A stretch of 64,000 bases of DNA from Raillietiella orientalis (lineage: Eukaryota): positions 124,001 through 188,000 of the forward strand of contig JAYWIR010000093.1 in assembly GCA_036172245.1 (NCBI GenBank), read 5' to 3'. The stretch's first letter is position 1. Each line of letters opens with the position of its first letter. Made by a program: the position numbers and the translations under genes. The notes beneath the pieces are model-generated. The model saw only the letters and a program-made list of their open reading frames with translations, did no database searches and was not told where the DNA came from. This document shows, one piece after another, positions 37,201 to 51,779 of the stretch.

Positions 37201-40200
37201 CGCTCCAAAAAGTGAATAGCCACATATGTGGGAAGCAAATTAAACAGCACTCGTCGCATACTGAGCTGCAACACATCCAAATCACAGCGCTCCTCCATGG
37301 CCTAACAAATATGAGGAACAAGGTGTTAATGAGCTGCAGTGTTACCTGTGCCTGCCATAAGAAATCCAATCGGACAATACTCTCCAGCTGCCGGCCATGA
37401 ACCAATACAAGAATAAGAAAGAGGAATAACTGAACAATTCCAAAAGCCTGGAGAGGCACCACAGCTCTAAAAAATAAAAACTAATGAAGAATCTTTTCCA
37501 GCATGTTCTCTTACCCAATTCTAATGTCATAACAATGAAAGACAGACGCATGCGACACAAGAATGAAGATGATGTAAACTGTAGCCATGGCTACTAACAC
37601 TACACCCTTAACAACAGCTGGTAGTCTGAGAAAAACAGCCACTGCTATGTAGCCCAATGTGGCTGAAAGCAAGATATAATGTGGAAGTGGGCAGCTCCGA
37701 TGATCTTGTACGAAAGGTGACAAGGTAACATTAGCTGTGTTCTGAGTACAAGGAGCATCCAAGCGACATGAAAACTAAGGACACATCAAAAGATTAATTA
37801 CTGAAAGATTCAAAATAATTTAAACATACTGTGTTTACTTCTGCTACAGCAAAAACTAAGATTAAAGTAAAGACCGTTATGGCTACACGTAAATAAAATG
37901 AATACGTCAGATCCCAAAGCAAGAGACGTAAGCGAACAGCTAATAACACCATCAATGTTCCAGTCATCCAAACAAACGCTGTCAGAAATAGCAGCAATAA
38001 AATCAGTGTTGTGGGAAGAACAATGGCTTGCAAACCAGTTAACAACAACAGCACAGCAAGAGAACATGCCAAGGAAACACCAAAAGTTTCATCTCGTTCT
38101 TCATGAAATTGTCTTTCTTTGTCAGAATCTCGAAAACACAAAGTTAAAGGATGCATTTGTGAGCACTTTTCCTGGAGTATGCTTCCTGAATCAATACCCT
38201 GAGCTAAATATTTATTGATGTGACCACCAGGCTGATATACAAAAGATGACGTGTGTCGTTTTCGATAAGGTCTCTTCAGAAAATCTGCATCTCCTCCAGT
38301 CTTCAATGAAATAGAATAAATCATTGAATCTCATAATAATCAGATTACTTTTTTCAGAGAAGATGCTTTTTCGAATGCTGTTAATGTCATGTTGGAGAAG
38401 GGTGTCTCAACTGAATATTTGATTGAACTTAAAAGCTGGACCAGTATTTCTCCTATATTTTGCATATTAGGTTTGCGTCTTTGTGCTGCTCCTATGGCTG
38501 AACGAATTTGCAGTGTGTTAAATAATAAGGGCTAAAATACAATAACATCACAAAATCTCATTAAATAACTACCTTTCTTCTGCGACTTGATGGTACAATG
38601 AAATATGTAGAGATATTATGTTCTTGCAAATATGGGTCTCTAGTATTGCCATTACCTGGCTCCAACTCATATTCTCCATTGAGAAATGCTACTGTCGTTT
38701 GAGTTACATGCACCCGCCTAGAAATCATGATATGATCAATAAACCAAACTTTAAAAAAAAAAAAATAAAGGAAAAATGGAAAACAACACCAACAAAAGTG
38801 ATGCAGTGTGCAACTAACATGATAAGAATTCGTCAATAAACTGTTACACTAATACAAAACACCAATACAGAAATGTCAAGAAAATAGCAAATTATATGAT
38901 GTTTTTCTGAACATTACCCTGGTTCTCCACCGTAATCCATGTGACTTGCCAAAAGCACATCGTCAGACCATACGTCAAACTGCCACTTTGTATACCCCAG
39001 AACACCATAATAGACAGTGCCAGTGTGGATGCCTACTCTCATGTTTAATGGAACATCAGTAGCTTCAACAACAGAGCTTTTGAAGAAAAATCATTATACA
39101 CAAGACAGGACTATCTTACGCAATAGCATCTACTATATCCAGACCCATCTCAACAACATTCTGTGCATGGTTGTGGGTTTTGTCTATTAAACCACTAACA
39201 CAAAAATAGCGATCTCCAAGAATTTTAATGCGCTGACATTGATTGTCCTGAAAATACTTAAGGATTATGAAAAAGTATGAAAGCACTTAACAAATGCAAG
39301 CTGATCAAAGCGTCCAAAGAGCTCATTCAGCAAACGAACTAATTCTTGCGGGGAACACTGAGCAGCCAAAACAGTGAAACCCACTATATCAGCAAAAAGA
39401 ATGCTGCAAATGAAAACAATTGATTATATATGCTGAATCACTTACAGCAAAGAAAATAATGAAAGGATATATGGTAATGTTTCATAAACTTATGATGTAA
39501 ATGTATTTACTTTCCTCAACTACATGAAGAATACATTAAAATTCATACATTTTTAAAAATATTGATTTTGCAAAATTCATACAGTGCTCATAATGCAGTT
39601 TTAATTTTAATCAGCAAGTAACGAGAGACTTCATGTAATACTTTCTATAAATAAACAATGACAATGGAGATTTACACAGAGAATGCCTACATGAACTTCA
39701 AAACAAAAAGAAAGTTTTTAAGACTCACTTATGGCATCATACATTAGTGCAACAAAAGATTCAATCATGGATGTATTCTGCTAAAGTTTGACTGATTCGA
39801 TTTATGGTGATCGAACATGTGATAAAGTCACCTTCTAAAACTGTATCACTGTGACGAACTGATGATCATCGTACGTATGTTTTCATCAAGCATTTTCTAC
39901 TCTAGATATTCTTAGTGGATTCATTGTAGAATAAATTAGAATTTAGTATATTCATGTGGGTACGCTCAATAAATCCTCAACTGAATAAGAATTAACATGT
40001 AGTCACCTTTAATTTCAACAAGTCACTTAGAACATGGTAAGGCTGAAAGGATTCTGAAATCTTCGAATCAAACAAGAATCCTTAAATTTAAATCACATCC
40101 TTAAATCTAAATTAAATCACATATAGTACGTCCCAAATTTCGCTTCTGGGTTGTTCTATCGCACTTCTTGTCTCATATCTATGTCTTCTCATATCTCCTT

Positions 40201-43200
40201 GTTCTAATTTATTTCTCTTAGGTGAGTCTTTCTGATTTTAATTTTTCCTCTCACAAGTTCTTAATGAACGCGAGAGGAAGAAAAAAAAAAAAGGGATACA
40301 GAATAGAGCAATATTTTGCTTTTCAAGATGAGAACCAAATTTCAAAACTTGAAAACGACAAGCACTTTTATTGTGAATGTTTTTGTCTTGATAATCATCT
40401 CAAATCTAATAAATATCTATTTAAAAAATGCTTCAGTTCTTGGTTGAGAATTCCAATTCTGTATGCAGTCATTTAACTTTTCTCCTTTCTCATGTTCTTT
40501 CAGAATATTGCCAACACATGATATCTCAAATGCACAGATCTGTGCCATATGGATAAGGCAAGTGCCGAAAATCAATCTGAAAACTACAGAACTTTACATA
40601 GGACTATCTTACGCAATAGCATCTACTATATCCAGACCCATCTCAACAACATTCTGTGCATGGTTGTGGGTTTTGTCTATTAAACCACTAACACAAAAAT
40701 AGTGATCTCCAAGAAGGTAAAAAAGTTGTACAGTTCATCACCTCCACCAAATGAAAACAGAAGATACAAATACTCGAATCTTTCCTTGCACATTATCCAG
40801 CAAACATACACTGCTGTCTGCGATGAACAAGCTTATCAAAAAATTAAACATAAACATTTCTAACTTTAGATTCAATCAATGCTATTTTAATGCTAAAATC
40901 AATGAAATATTCTGAAAGCTCTCGAACATCCTGATAGCTATCGGTTGCACGAACGCTAATTCTTTACTCGACTACGTTAGGATTCAGAAGTATCTCGTAA
41001 ATCAATAACTAAATTAATGGTAAGAATTCAATAACATACTTGATAAATCATTGCTTGAAGGAATTTGAATTAATATACCAAGATGACCAGAATAATGTAT
41101 AAAGAAAAATGCACAAATCGTGATGCTATTAGATCAGTGCCCTAATAAATTAACTTACTTCAATTTCTCATATGCACATATACATGTACTGGTCAAAACT
41201 GTGCATCCTAAACTCTGTAATCTGTTTAAATTAACCACTCATTATTTGTATTACTGTTATGGAATCACAAAAAGCAATTACACAAGTAAAACCTTCCTAA
41301 TCTATTCTTCTAACATATTTTTGGTGGTTTTGTTGATTCAAAGATGGAAAAAAAATTCCCAAAAAACAACTACAATAAAAACAAAGATCAACAAAAATGT
41401 AAATATTTTGGCATTTCAGTCACTAAATTTGATAGACTTATTTTATACATTCAGTGTATTAAATACAATAAATAGACAATTTAATACAACTTAATTGAAT
41501 TAAGTTGAATTAAATGCATAGAACATGTTAAATAAATTGGAATGTTGAAATTACATGTACTAAAGAAAGTTTCGACCTAAAACAGTTGAAATATGTGCAA
41601 TGCTTGCACTTATTTTCAATTTTAATGAAAACTCTAAGTTGCTTACAAGTTTATAAACACTCAAACAAGCTGCAACTATTATAAAGAGAAATCTGGTTGC
41701 ACACAGCAAGTAAATTCTTTTGAGAACTAGGTCCATATAACCACTTGGGAAATTTATGCATCATAAGTTATTTTAAAACTTGAAAGCTCTCAAAATATAC
41801 CTGACATTGTCTTGTTTTTGCATATATGTTTTGTGAAATTGTCCTTCAACAGGAGACAAGAGATCTGTTTTCATTTCCATGGCAATATGTGGAGGTAAAG
41901 CAGACAATAGCAAACGTTCCTGAAAAGGGCACACTTGATTTAATTCTCGATAAGAATAAGAAATTGTCTAAACATTAAACACATATTGCCTTACCCAATT
42001 GTAAACGCAATTATATGAAACAATATTGATACCCAAACAATACCTTAGTAGAATCTTTAACGACTTTTGTTTTTATTATTTAATTATTATGAAGAAACAA
42101 ACATGCATTCTTCGATTCAAAAAAGTTACAGAAAACCTTTGATTTCATTACAGTACGGAATCAGAATTCTTTTCATTAGTTAAAAATACATTTTTATAAC
42201 CCAAAGTGATCACAACTTTGTAATTCGATCAAAATACTTTAGGACATTATATGGGGAATGTGATTCATCAATCACAGTCATTTGCTTAGAGTTCTGTTAA
42301 ATCCGTACTAGCTTTGTAGTCTTATTGAAGTATGAAATTTTTAAAGAAATTTTCAAATTTTTAAAGAAAGAATTCACTATTTTTCACTATCACTTATTTC
42401 CTACTTTAATACTGTAATCTTTACACATGTTTATTCGTTTCAGAAACCCTTATGTGTAACAGTGTTCATCCAAGTTTCTTAACATCTAGTTCTTCTTTCC
42501 CATACGCATTCAATTTATAGCTTACATCAAACACCTTCATTGAATAATTCTTTGATTTACTTTCTTCAAGTATTTTAAGCCAGAAATTGCTGCCTGGTCT
42601 TAATTTCTTCCTATCATAATACTTCAGAATACATTAAAAAAAGAAATTTCTACTTCATCCATCATTACAGAAAATAGTATAAAAATTTGAATGTCGTTGC
42701 ATTTCTCAATGATCTCAAATATCTGGTCGCAATCGAAATGAGACAAATCACGCAATCAATCTAAGTAGGGACACAATTCCAGGAATCTCACACATTTAAA
42801 ATTGCACCCTACCTTATTACATCATGCAAATTACAAGTATTTTTCAATGATTTCAAACTCAGTGATTATACACTTCACTGCAGAAGCTAAGCATTATCAA
42901 CAGAAAAATCTTGAAGTTTGAAAGCATCAACTCAAATAAACATTCAAATGTGATCAAACAAATCAAAAAATACTGTGCTAGCAGAAAACTTCTCAAGTTT
43001 GAAAAGATATGGATATTTAAAAAAAAATTAATTGTAAGCAATGGTTGGAAACTTCTTATCACAGAAATGAGATCGTAGGCTTTGAAATTGATCTCTTTTG
43101 AATATTAGTTCAGTTCTATTTTGTTTTTTTTCTAGTCATTTGATAGCTACTTGCAAGCTGCGCTGAGTTTAAAAACAAAGATATACAGTGCAACAGACTG

Positions 43201-46200
43201 AAATTTCACTTGAACAAAATACTAATCAAAGCAATTATAGCAAAATGCACGTTTTCAGTTTCCTTATATGAGTGCACAATTGGAAATCTTAGCACTAGTA
43301 GATATATACCTCAGGTAATTTTATACATTAGAAATGCATATGTTTTTCTTTTTTCTGGAGGATTTTGCACAATCAAAATAGGCTTGAAATTGAAGAATAA
43401 AATTAAGAGATCACAAAAACGGCAAACAAAAAACAATAAAAAAAAAGACTCGATGCTCTGAATTGTGCAGAAAGTGTTTGAAATGCTACAATTTTTGAGA
43501 TAAGCTGGAAAAATAATGGTGTGATCAAGTGTTTAGAATGCCTGGAATGTTTCCATTGTTAACATCTAAAATGCTGTAAAAATGACTGATTTACAATATT
43601 TGCCTTCAAAAGTAAAGAAGTACTGCTTTATTGAAAATATTCTGAGTGAACAAAAATGGAGGATTGAAACAGTATAAATATAAAATAGATTTATGACTTC
43701 ATTGAATACACAACTTTAAATGCTAATTGTTATATTAATTGATTTCACTCACCAATTTTTCATTTTCATCTTCCATTTCCAATCTAATACCAATACAATT
43801 TCTTGTATCCAAAAATGCTTTCCTTTGAGTTTTTTCTGATACATGATGAATAAATATGCCTGCCAAATTAACAACTACAAAAACAAGGGTATTGGCCAAT
43901 AGCTACAAATAAAAAAAAGATGTATGCTCAATTAGATGTAGCACCGAAAAAAAAAAAAAACTATCACCAAAAAAAAAATTATCAAAGCATGAAAAGAAGC
44001 AGTAAACAGGCGTATATCTTTTTTCTTCTGGCTTAAACTGAAGCATAGAGAAGTAGATGTTTATTTTTTTCGACTTTTCTGATGCATATACTGCAAAATA
44101 AGATCACAATAAGATCATTTACACCAAAACTGCAGCAGATAAAACTCATGTGATTGATGTCTTTTGCTTATTATCGGCATGGAAAACATGTAAAATTTAA
44201 TTGCATTGATGATATTTATCATGAAGTCTATAAATACAGTCACATATAATCACATGCAAGTATCATTCAAGGCAACTGAAGTGCATCTTGACATTATACT
44301 TGAATGTGCATAAATAGTCATTCAATCAAGGTGTCACAAATTGACTTATGGCATAAAATGTATATGCTTTTTCACACAATCAGCATAAGAAGCGACGCCT
44401 AAAAATGCAATATGAACAAATACTTGGCCCAATTAGGCCATCCTGAAAATACTCTTTCCAGGTACCATAGGAAAGGATGTATGTTTCTGCCAAACAAGGC
44501 TAAAATTGGGAGGGGGGCAGCAACTGTGATCATCTGCAATAACGAAGAAACTGTAAGTTTTTGGAGTCTAATTACTGTAAAAATAGAATGAAATTATTAA
44601 GTGGGCCAGTACAGTACATCTGTGTCCCAAGATTCACTCAGTACACTTATCTGCCAGAACATTATACAATTTCTACAAGTCCACAAAAATACTGGAAAAA
44701 AGTATCTGCAGTGATTCTGGGGTGTCTTTGAGAATTTTACTGTGTGAGGATGTGAAAACGCCCTTCATGGAAGCACTTTCACATGCCTGCGTAATGGATT
44801 ATATAGCATCACAGTGCAGGTACCTTAGTCTTTGAAATAGCAAAGCACCAAACTATGGAATACTACACAGGAATACTATGGTTTTTGATAGGCATCAAGA
44901 AATGAAAAAAAAAACAAAAATACTGCATAAAACCATTCTTTTCAGGCATTTTTTAAAAACATAATCTCATAACTGATCAAAGATAATTGCAATGATTTAA
45001 AACAAAAAAAATAAAAAGTATTCACAGAATTAAAATAATTTATAAAACCTTAATTTTATTAAGGATGCATCCGTGTTTTTAGGAACCAATTAAAAAGGTT
45101 TTCTTAACATCTGTAGGCTGAAAACAAACTCATGCAAAATCAGTAATAATGAAACAATTATGCATCAAATATTGGTTTTAACACATTGTTAAACTAATTC
45201 ATCCTCCACACAATGAATGAAATCCATTAAAAAATTAAGATACTACTGGCGTGAACAGTTTAAAGTGTTTAAAAAATTCACTTTCCAAGAACTAGCTTTC
45301 AGTTTAACACACAATTTGTATTATAAAATTATTTACTTCTGTAACACCTTATTGGATGAAACCAATAATACGCATTCAACAATTTGCAAACCAGTTTCAC
45401 CGGAAAATCAGGATTCCTCACATCATTTGTACTGCTAAATGTAAACTTTATTACAGCTAAAAAAATTGTTGCTAAGGAAGTCTGTCACAGCAAATTTTCG
45501 TGATCTACCACCTTTTCAATATCAATATAAATTTCTGAATAGCTGATACTCCAGTATTGCTACATTATAAGAAATTTTATGTGAATTCTTCAAAGTTATA
45601 ATATAAACCAACAAAACTTTTACATATCAGTCCTAATACCCTTGAATTTTACAAATAGATCTAATACTTTTATTCCAGTCTTTACACACAGACATGCATG
45701 TGACATTGAGCAATCATGAGACTGCACATTTGCAAATGCAAATAATGCAAAGGAACTATTCACTCTTGCCAGAAAAACATTTCAATATATTCTCACTTCA
45801 AGTGTTCCTCATTTGCACAAATAAATGTTCCACATGTACACAATCAGGCTGTTATTGTTAATATTCACCGTCTCCATATAAAAACAGCAGCTAATTTATC
45901 TTGTAATTAATCATTTATACTTTATTTACACATCCTATTAAAAGCACTATTGACAAACAACTCACTTATTTGCTGGAAATTTAGCCTAACAGCAAAAAAT
46001 CTCATGAATCGCTGCACAAATACCTTTGTATATGCAACTCAATTGTCTTTACCGATCTGATTAGAAAACTCAAATAAGAGAGGCAAGATAAGAAAATAAC
46101 CAACAAGCACTCACAAATTTGACTGAAAATACGAAATTTCAATAAAGCTCTCTAGAGAAAATATAAATGAATGCTATTTCATTATTTGCTCAAGACATTT

Positions 46201-49121
46201 TTTTTTATGCATTCTTGTCCTTGAGTTGTGTCTCCAGCTTTGTTGGGTATTTATTTGCAATTCTCCAGAAATTACACAAAATCCGTTAAAAAATGATGAA
46301 CAGATATCTTTTGAACAAATTCATTCATATTTAACTATTTCTGCTAAATCTTAACCTAAATCACAACATGTTGCATGAATTTCAGGATTTGCAATCACAT
46401 GATCCTAAAAGTATCTAATTCGACTTATAAGGCTGATTATTTGATGATGAGATATTATTGACTGCATCAATTGTGTTACTATATGGCACTTCACAGATGG
46501 AAACAGTTGTTTTATACAAAATATTGATTTTATTACTGCATACACATTTACAATGTTATTTGTGATGGAGAACAGTACTGCAATAATTCAATATGTATTG
46601 AATTAAAACCAAGGCAAAAATTCTGTTTGATATGATGTTTACTATTGAAATAAGGAGTAAGAAATGCACAGCTAAATAAAGTGTCAAAAAGGGTTATACA
46701 AATTAAGCACTTTTCAGCATTAGTCATGCTTATCCAACTGAACAAATTACTTGCATGATAAAACAGTTGAAAATGTGAATGAAATGAAATTAATCTGCTT
46801 ACATAATGAATGCAAACTTGCAAAGTTTAATTATTTAGTATTACAAAATCAAAATCGTGGAACTAAAAGAAATCAGAATTATGAGCATATATTAGGATAC
46901 ATGGATACATTTGGAGATTCACAAGGGACAAAAAACAATCAAAAATTCAAACTGTATAAAAGATATGAGCATTTGGAAGTGAGATAGTGGCAGCTATAAG
47001 GACCGTGAATCTTTTAACTTCTCAAAATGCAACTTCAAAACAAAAATGTTTACATTGCATTCATTTAAAGAAAACACCATTATATTCACTACAAAAGTTT
47101 CAAATGAATTCATTAACACCTTCCATGATGTTTTGCAAAACTTGCATTTTTCAAAAAGATGCAAGTTTAAAGGAAAAATCAAACTATACATGGAAAGAAA
47201 GCCAAGCAATAACAACTACACACATGGCAATAATCAAGAATTACACTGCATAGCACCAAAAGCAGCAAAAAAAACAGCCCATCATAACACACAAAAAAAT
47301 GTTTCAATTATGTATACTATTTTATAGGGTGTCCAAATAGGAAAACCAAATTAAGCACCACATTAAGAAAGCCAATACATACTGCTTTTAAAAGAAAGCC
47401 ATTCACAAATAATAAGAGTTTACTGAATGAAAAATAAAGGTTGTTCACTTTAAAAAAGTGACGAAATCCAATAGAGACAACAATAAGTACTATACTGCAA
47501 TTCAGTGAACATCCAAATAAATGAATGGGTATTATTTTTGTGAGAACAGATCCCAAATTGACCAAAATATAAATACAAGCTTACAGTAATTTTTGAAAAT
47601 TACTGTTTTGAAAAAATTGTTTTGAGTTTTCAATTTTATTAGTGTTCAAGGCAGGAAAAGATACAAGTTAAAACAAGAGGTCTTCAAAAAGAATATCTAG
47701 GCGCAGTTTTCAATTAACTAAAGAGAGACCAGAAATGCAATGATCCCATGATCAGTGCATAATTGCAGCATATATGGGAAGCACTTTGGAAATAACCTAA
47801 CCTGAAGGAGGAAAAACAAATACAGACCAGGAAAAGGAGTTGAAAGATTCCTGAGTTTGAGCAAAATGGAAAAGTCAGTTTCTTGCACTATGTAACTGCA
47901 ACAGTTTAGGCACAAATATTTCTGCCAATTTTTCATTGCACAAAAGCATTGTGAACACTGTGAGTCACTTGTTAAAAAGGAATCTTTTTAATATGAACTA
48001 ATCTTTTGTTGAGAATATGAAGAACCCAAGCGAGAAAGGAAAAGGAAAAACAGCCACCATATACAATTTACTGAAAGAAGTTTCAGGATTGAGGACATTA
48101 TTAGTATTCACAATTTTGATCCCATAATGCACTTGAAGCCACATTAAATCAGTTTAATTTGGTCTTCCACGCTAGTGCAAAGAGAAAAACTTCAACTGGC
48201 ATATAAATATTTTCATTATGATATTTATGTTTAAAATAGTTATGTATTACAAATACCTAAACAACTGTCATTAAAACACAAATAAATAACAGAGATAACT
48301 TTCAATTAAGGAATCCACAATAATTATAAACACAAATTGAGGCAGTTGAATAGCTTTCAATTAATTTTCAATTGATTTAATTTACAAAATTACATTACAA
48401 TGTGTGGATGAAATTAAGTATCACAGAAAAAAACACAATTGATGGCTAACAGATCAAAATGAAACAAATGCTTTTAAATTAAAATTCATCAAAATATTTA
48501 TATGGTATTCAGAATACCATGAAAGAATTGTTTTGCATAGCTCACCTGATGCCACTTCAAAGACAAAAATTCACCTGCCGTAAGAAATATGACTGCTATA
48601 TGAGAGCCAGGAATTATTATACCAACAAGCAAACACAGCACAAAATTCAGTGGGAGCAAAGTGTATGTCAAAAACACAGTAAACACCACATACCATACAC
48701 CATCACCTAGAGTTTTTCTGGGAAGCATTGCTGTCTCTTCCATACCAAAGCTGATAGGAAATGTGAGAACACAAAGTCCCACAGCAAAACATATTACAGT
48801 GTAACAAATCCATGGTGTGTGGTGATCACACATCCATTTAGATTGTAAATAGACAAATATTAGTGCCAGGGAAAGACACATTAAAATGTAATAGATATTT
48901 TCTATCGTTGGTTTTCCCAAGTACACAAGACTTAAAACTGCTAAGATTGCTGATAACATAATCAGCAAGGCAAGAGCACTAATAACACCTGCACCCTGAA
49001 TTTTATAAACATACCGATGAAAAATCGACTCCAATTCAGGGTTTTCAAAACGCTGATAGTTTAATAACCGTGAAAATGCAACTTTTCTATGAGAATTCAT
49101 TGTCTTAACACTGTGATCCAT
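34245..49121 (-). CDS. rut: Transmembrane adenylyl cyclase, rutabaga (Ca2+/calmodulin-responsive) type, 16 coding exons, ~1703 aa
   Basis: Exons 49121-48546, 43902-43753, 41919-41801, 39403-39292, 39247-39120, 39076-38918, 38717-38573, 38531-38349, 38300-37830, 37774-37515, 37466-37346, 37301-36848, 36791-36495, 36441-35669, 35457-34916, 34866-34245; phase-consistent. N-terminus [14 protein letters not shown], two TM bundles, [30 protein letters not shown], and the rutabaga-like tail [20 protein letters not shown]. Confidence 0.94.
40600..40715 (-). repeat. 116-bp near-identical copy of 39107-39222 (part of a cyclase C1a exon plus its donor site) in an upstream intron
   Basis: Direct comparison shows one mismatch (aatagCgatc vs aatagTgatc). 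Confidence 0.95.
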
Positions 49122-49399
49122 AATTGGGCTATATCATTTCACTTAGGAATTCATCGTACTTCTGTCAAAGACTTATCTGTAAATAACATTTTCTAACATG
49201 AATACAGGAGTTTTCGTGAGGGTTCGGGAAGCAATTTTTTTTTTTTTTTTTTTTTCAAAAAAACGAAAGGAGACGACACACAACTCTTGAAAGATATCTC
49301 CTCCGAAACCAAACGTAACATGAAAATCGAATGTGGTTTTTCGATTTTTTCCTTTTTTTTTCTTCCTTTACGAAACAAACAAAAAAGGCCCTACATGTA

Positions 49400-50900
49400 A
49401 AGCTGCTTGATTTCCGAGCAGTTTTTCAAGGTTGCGTTCTTTTCGAACGTGCAACCACATGGCGACAAAACAGATAAAGTGCACGGCCGTGCGTCGGATT
49501 TCCGAACGTTTCGGTAAAAGCTCGGCAGCCCAACGACGTGTGCTTCCGGCAGCCACGAACGACGACGACGACGACGACGACATCGATAAAATTCGTATCG
49601 ACGTTTCCGTGTGTCCGGGGAGAGTCACTTTCCCCCCTCCCCCCCCCCCCCCCATCCCACGCGTCGTTTCCGGGGAAAGAACATAACGAACGTGCAGCAG
49701 CCGTGCACCACACCGCCGACGTAAACAACAACTCCGGGAAACTCCGTCTCAACCCTTTCCACGCAGGCGGCACCACGCGGCACACCACTCCGGTTGCTCC
49801 GGCAACCAGCATCCGAGATCGGCGATGTGGAAGTGCTCGCAGATCGTGTTACTTGTTTGTGATCCGGGATCGCATGCGTCCCTGGGCTGCCTTCCCCTCC
49901 CGTGGACAGCAGCCGGGGTTTCAGTCGTCGCCGTCGTTCCCCCTGCGATGCGGCCGCTCCCGTCGTCCCCGCGCAGCCTCCGTGCATCCGCAGCTGAGGG
50001 CGGGCGGAGGCACGGAGGAGCTTCGAGCAAAGCCTTGGCCGACTCGCCTCGGCCCAGCGAGGTCGGGCACCCGGGATTTTTCTTTCGGAATCCCCTCTCG
50101 ACGGCGGCCCCCACCGGCCGTGGGCCCAGAAGCCGCCGCCGCGCGCCCGCGGCCCCATCCGCTCGTCTGCGCGCTCGCCGATCGGCGGAACGACTGCTGT
50201 GGGTTTCACAAAGCCCAACGGGAAACGAAACTCCCCAGGGGAAGACCTACGGCAGGAACTCGGCATGTTCGCGCGCGGCGTTTGGCTCGTAGGGATTTTC
50301 GAAGAACCCCCAATCGCTCTTCCGTGCACTCGCGAACGTAAATTAACCATTTTAGGAAACTCGAACTGGGAATCCCGGGAGCACCGCAAACGGCGCCCTT
50401 AATTATCCATTCATATCGCTCCCGCGATAACTGTTGAATTACCCGTCGTAATGGAAAGTAGGGGTGCGTGCTGAACCTGGAAGGCTCCTCCCGCGCAAGC
50501 TGGTTCAGAGAGGTCAGAGAGGGAGGAAGCACGTTTACAGGAAAGACAGAAAGAATCCCCGACTTTCCATGTTCGTACCGAAAGCGCAAAACTCCCCATT
50601 CGTTCCCCCACGCTGCCCCATTCCTCGAGCTCTCTTCCCATCGTTTCCTTGCGGGTTTTCAACGCAACGGGGGAACAACAGCAAGCGGTCGTTGGGAGGT
50701 CAACCGTTTTCTCACCCGCCTTCGAGGGCAAAGCGGAGATTCCGACTCGGTGTTCGGCTCGGCTGACTTCCTCTCCGCTGCGGGGCATCCGGGCCTTCGG
50801 CGTCCGCACTCTTCGGCCTGGGGATGCTGAAAACGATCTCCATGCCGGGGAGAATCCATCCCATCCCTACTGCCATGGTCCGAACGCAAAGTGCGCAAAG
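49400..50900. promoter_or_regulatory. GC/CpG-rich island, probable promoter and 5' UTR of the adenylyl cyclase
   Basis: Sharp GC and CpG enrichment just upstream of the first coding exon, which has a splice acceptor at ~49177; contains (GAC)n at ~49561-49582 and a poly-C tract at ~49632-49653. Confidence 0.6.
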
Positions 50901-51779
50901 TCCTTATGGTCTTACTGAACTTCCAAAGAAACCTGGAGATTCGAAATTTCTTTTTTTTTTTCTTCCCCTGAAAGGGATGCACAACCGCTCGCTGTCTGCA
51001 CCCCCGTTTTCATGGAAACCCACACCCAAATCAACATCCAAAGAAAGGAAATTTAGCAGACGTCGGAGACGAGACTGTGCCTCTCTGCTTTCACTTAATC
51101 AGAGAACAGAAGGGCAATGAACACGGAAATTCCAGAAGCGGAAAAAATTCGGCCAAACGTTCTGTTTCGAAAATGGGATTCCCCAGCCAGAATGCTCAGT
51201 GTGTCCAACGCGAAATCCTCCATCCGGATCATCATGAAGAAGAGACCGTTCCCATCCAAGAGATCTCTGAATGGATCCTGGGCAGCCAGGCTCGCGACTT
51301 CACCACGTAAGCCTTTTGCCAAGATCTGGCGTGGATCCTTATAAGAAGATCGGATGTTTCTGACTGCAGTGGATCGAAGGCAAATGAGAAAGGTGTGTTT
51401 CGAAAGAAGAAAATCCGAAATGCGTTTTAGGAGACGGCATTTATCATAGATGTGACGAGTCGTCACACCTTTTTTCATTTGTTGCCTTCCTTCTCGCCTC
51501 ACTCAATCAGGCAAACCTCCCTTTGAGAACAATTTCCACTGCAGAATCAAAGGCAAACGCAAAAGCTGGGTGTGGACGTGATGCAATGCAATGGGAAGCG
51601 GAATACACACTTCTGTGGCAATAATGCAGGGAGGATGTAAGTGGCGGAGATAAGCCGAGGATGAAGATGCTGCGTTTTCTTCATCATTTGGAGAAACACA
51701 GTTTGAAAACGAAGGCAGGCGGCAGGGCTCCCCTCCTTTCCTCTGGGGATGAAGTTGGAAACCACTTTTCCAGCCGATC

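Noticed and set aside
39780..39880. Possible intronic C/D snoRNA
   Set aside because: No convincing C and D boxes with a terminal stem on the host-gene strand.
47323..47345. TATAGGGTGTCC resembling a Tc1/mariner MITE end
   Set aside because: No matching opposite terminal repeat found nearby.
49538..50389. Overlapping 250+ aa ORFs on both strands
   Set aside because: Expected stop-codon depletion in a GC-rich island; Arg/Pro/Gly-rich with no domains.
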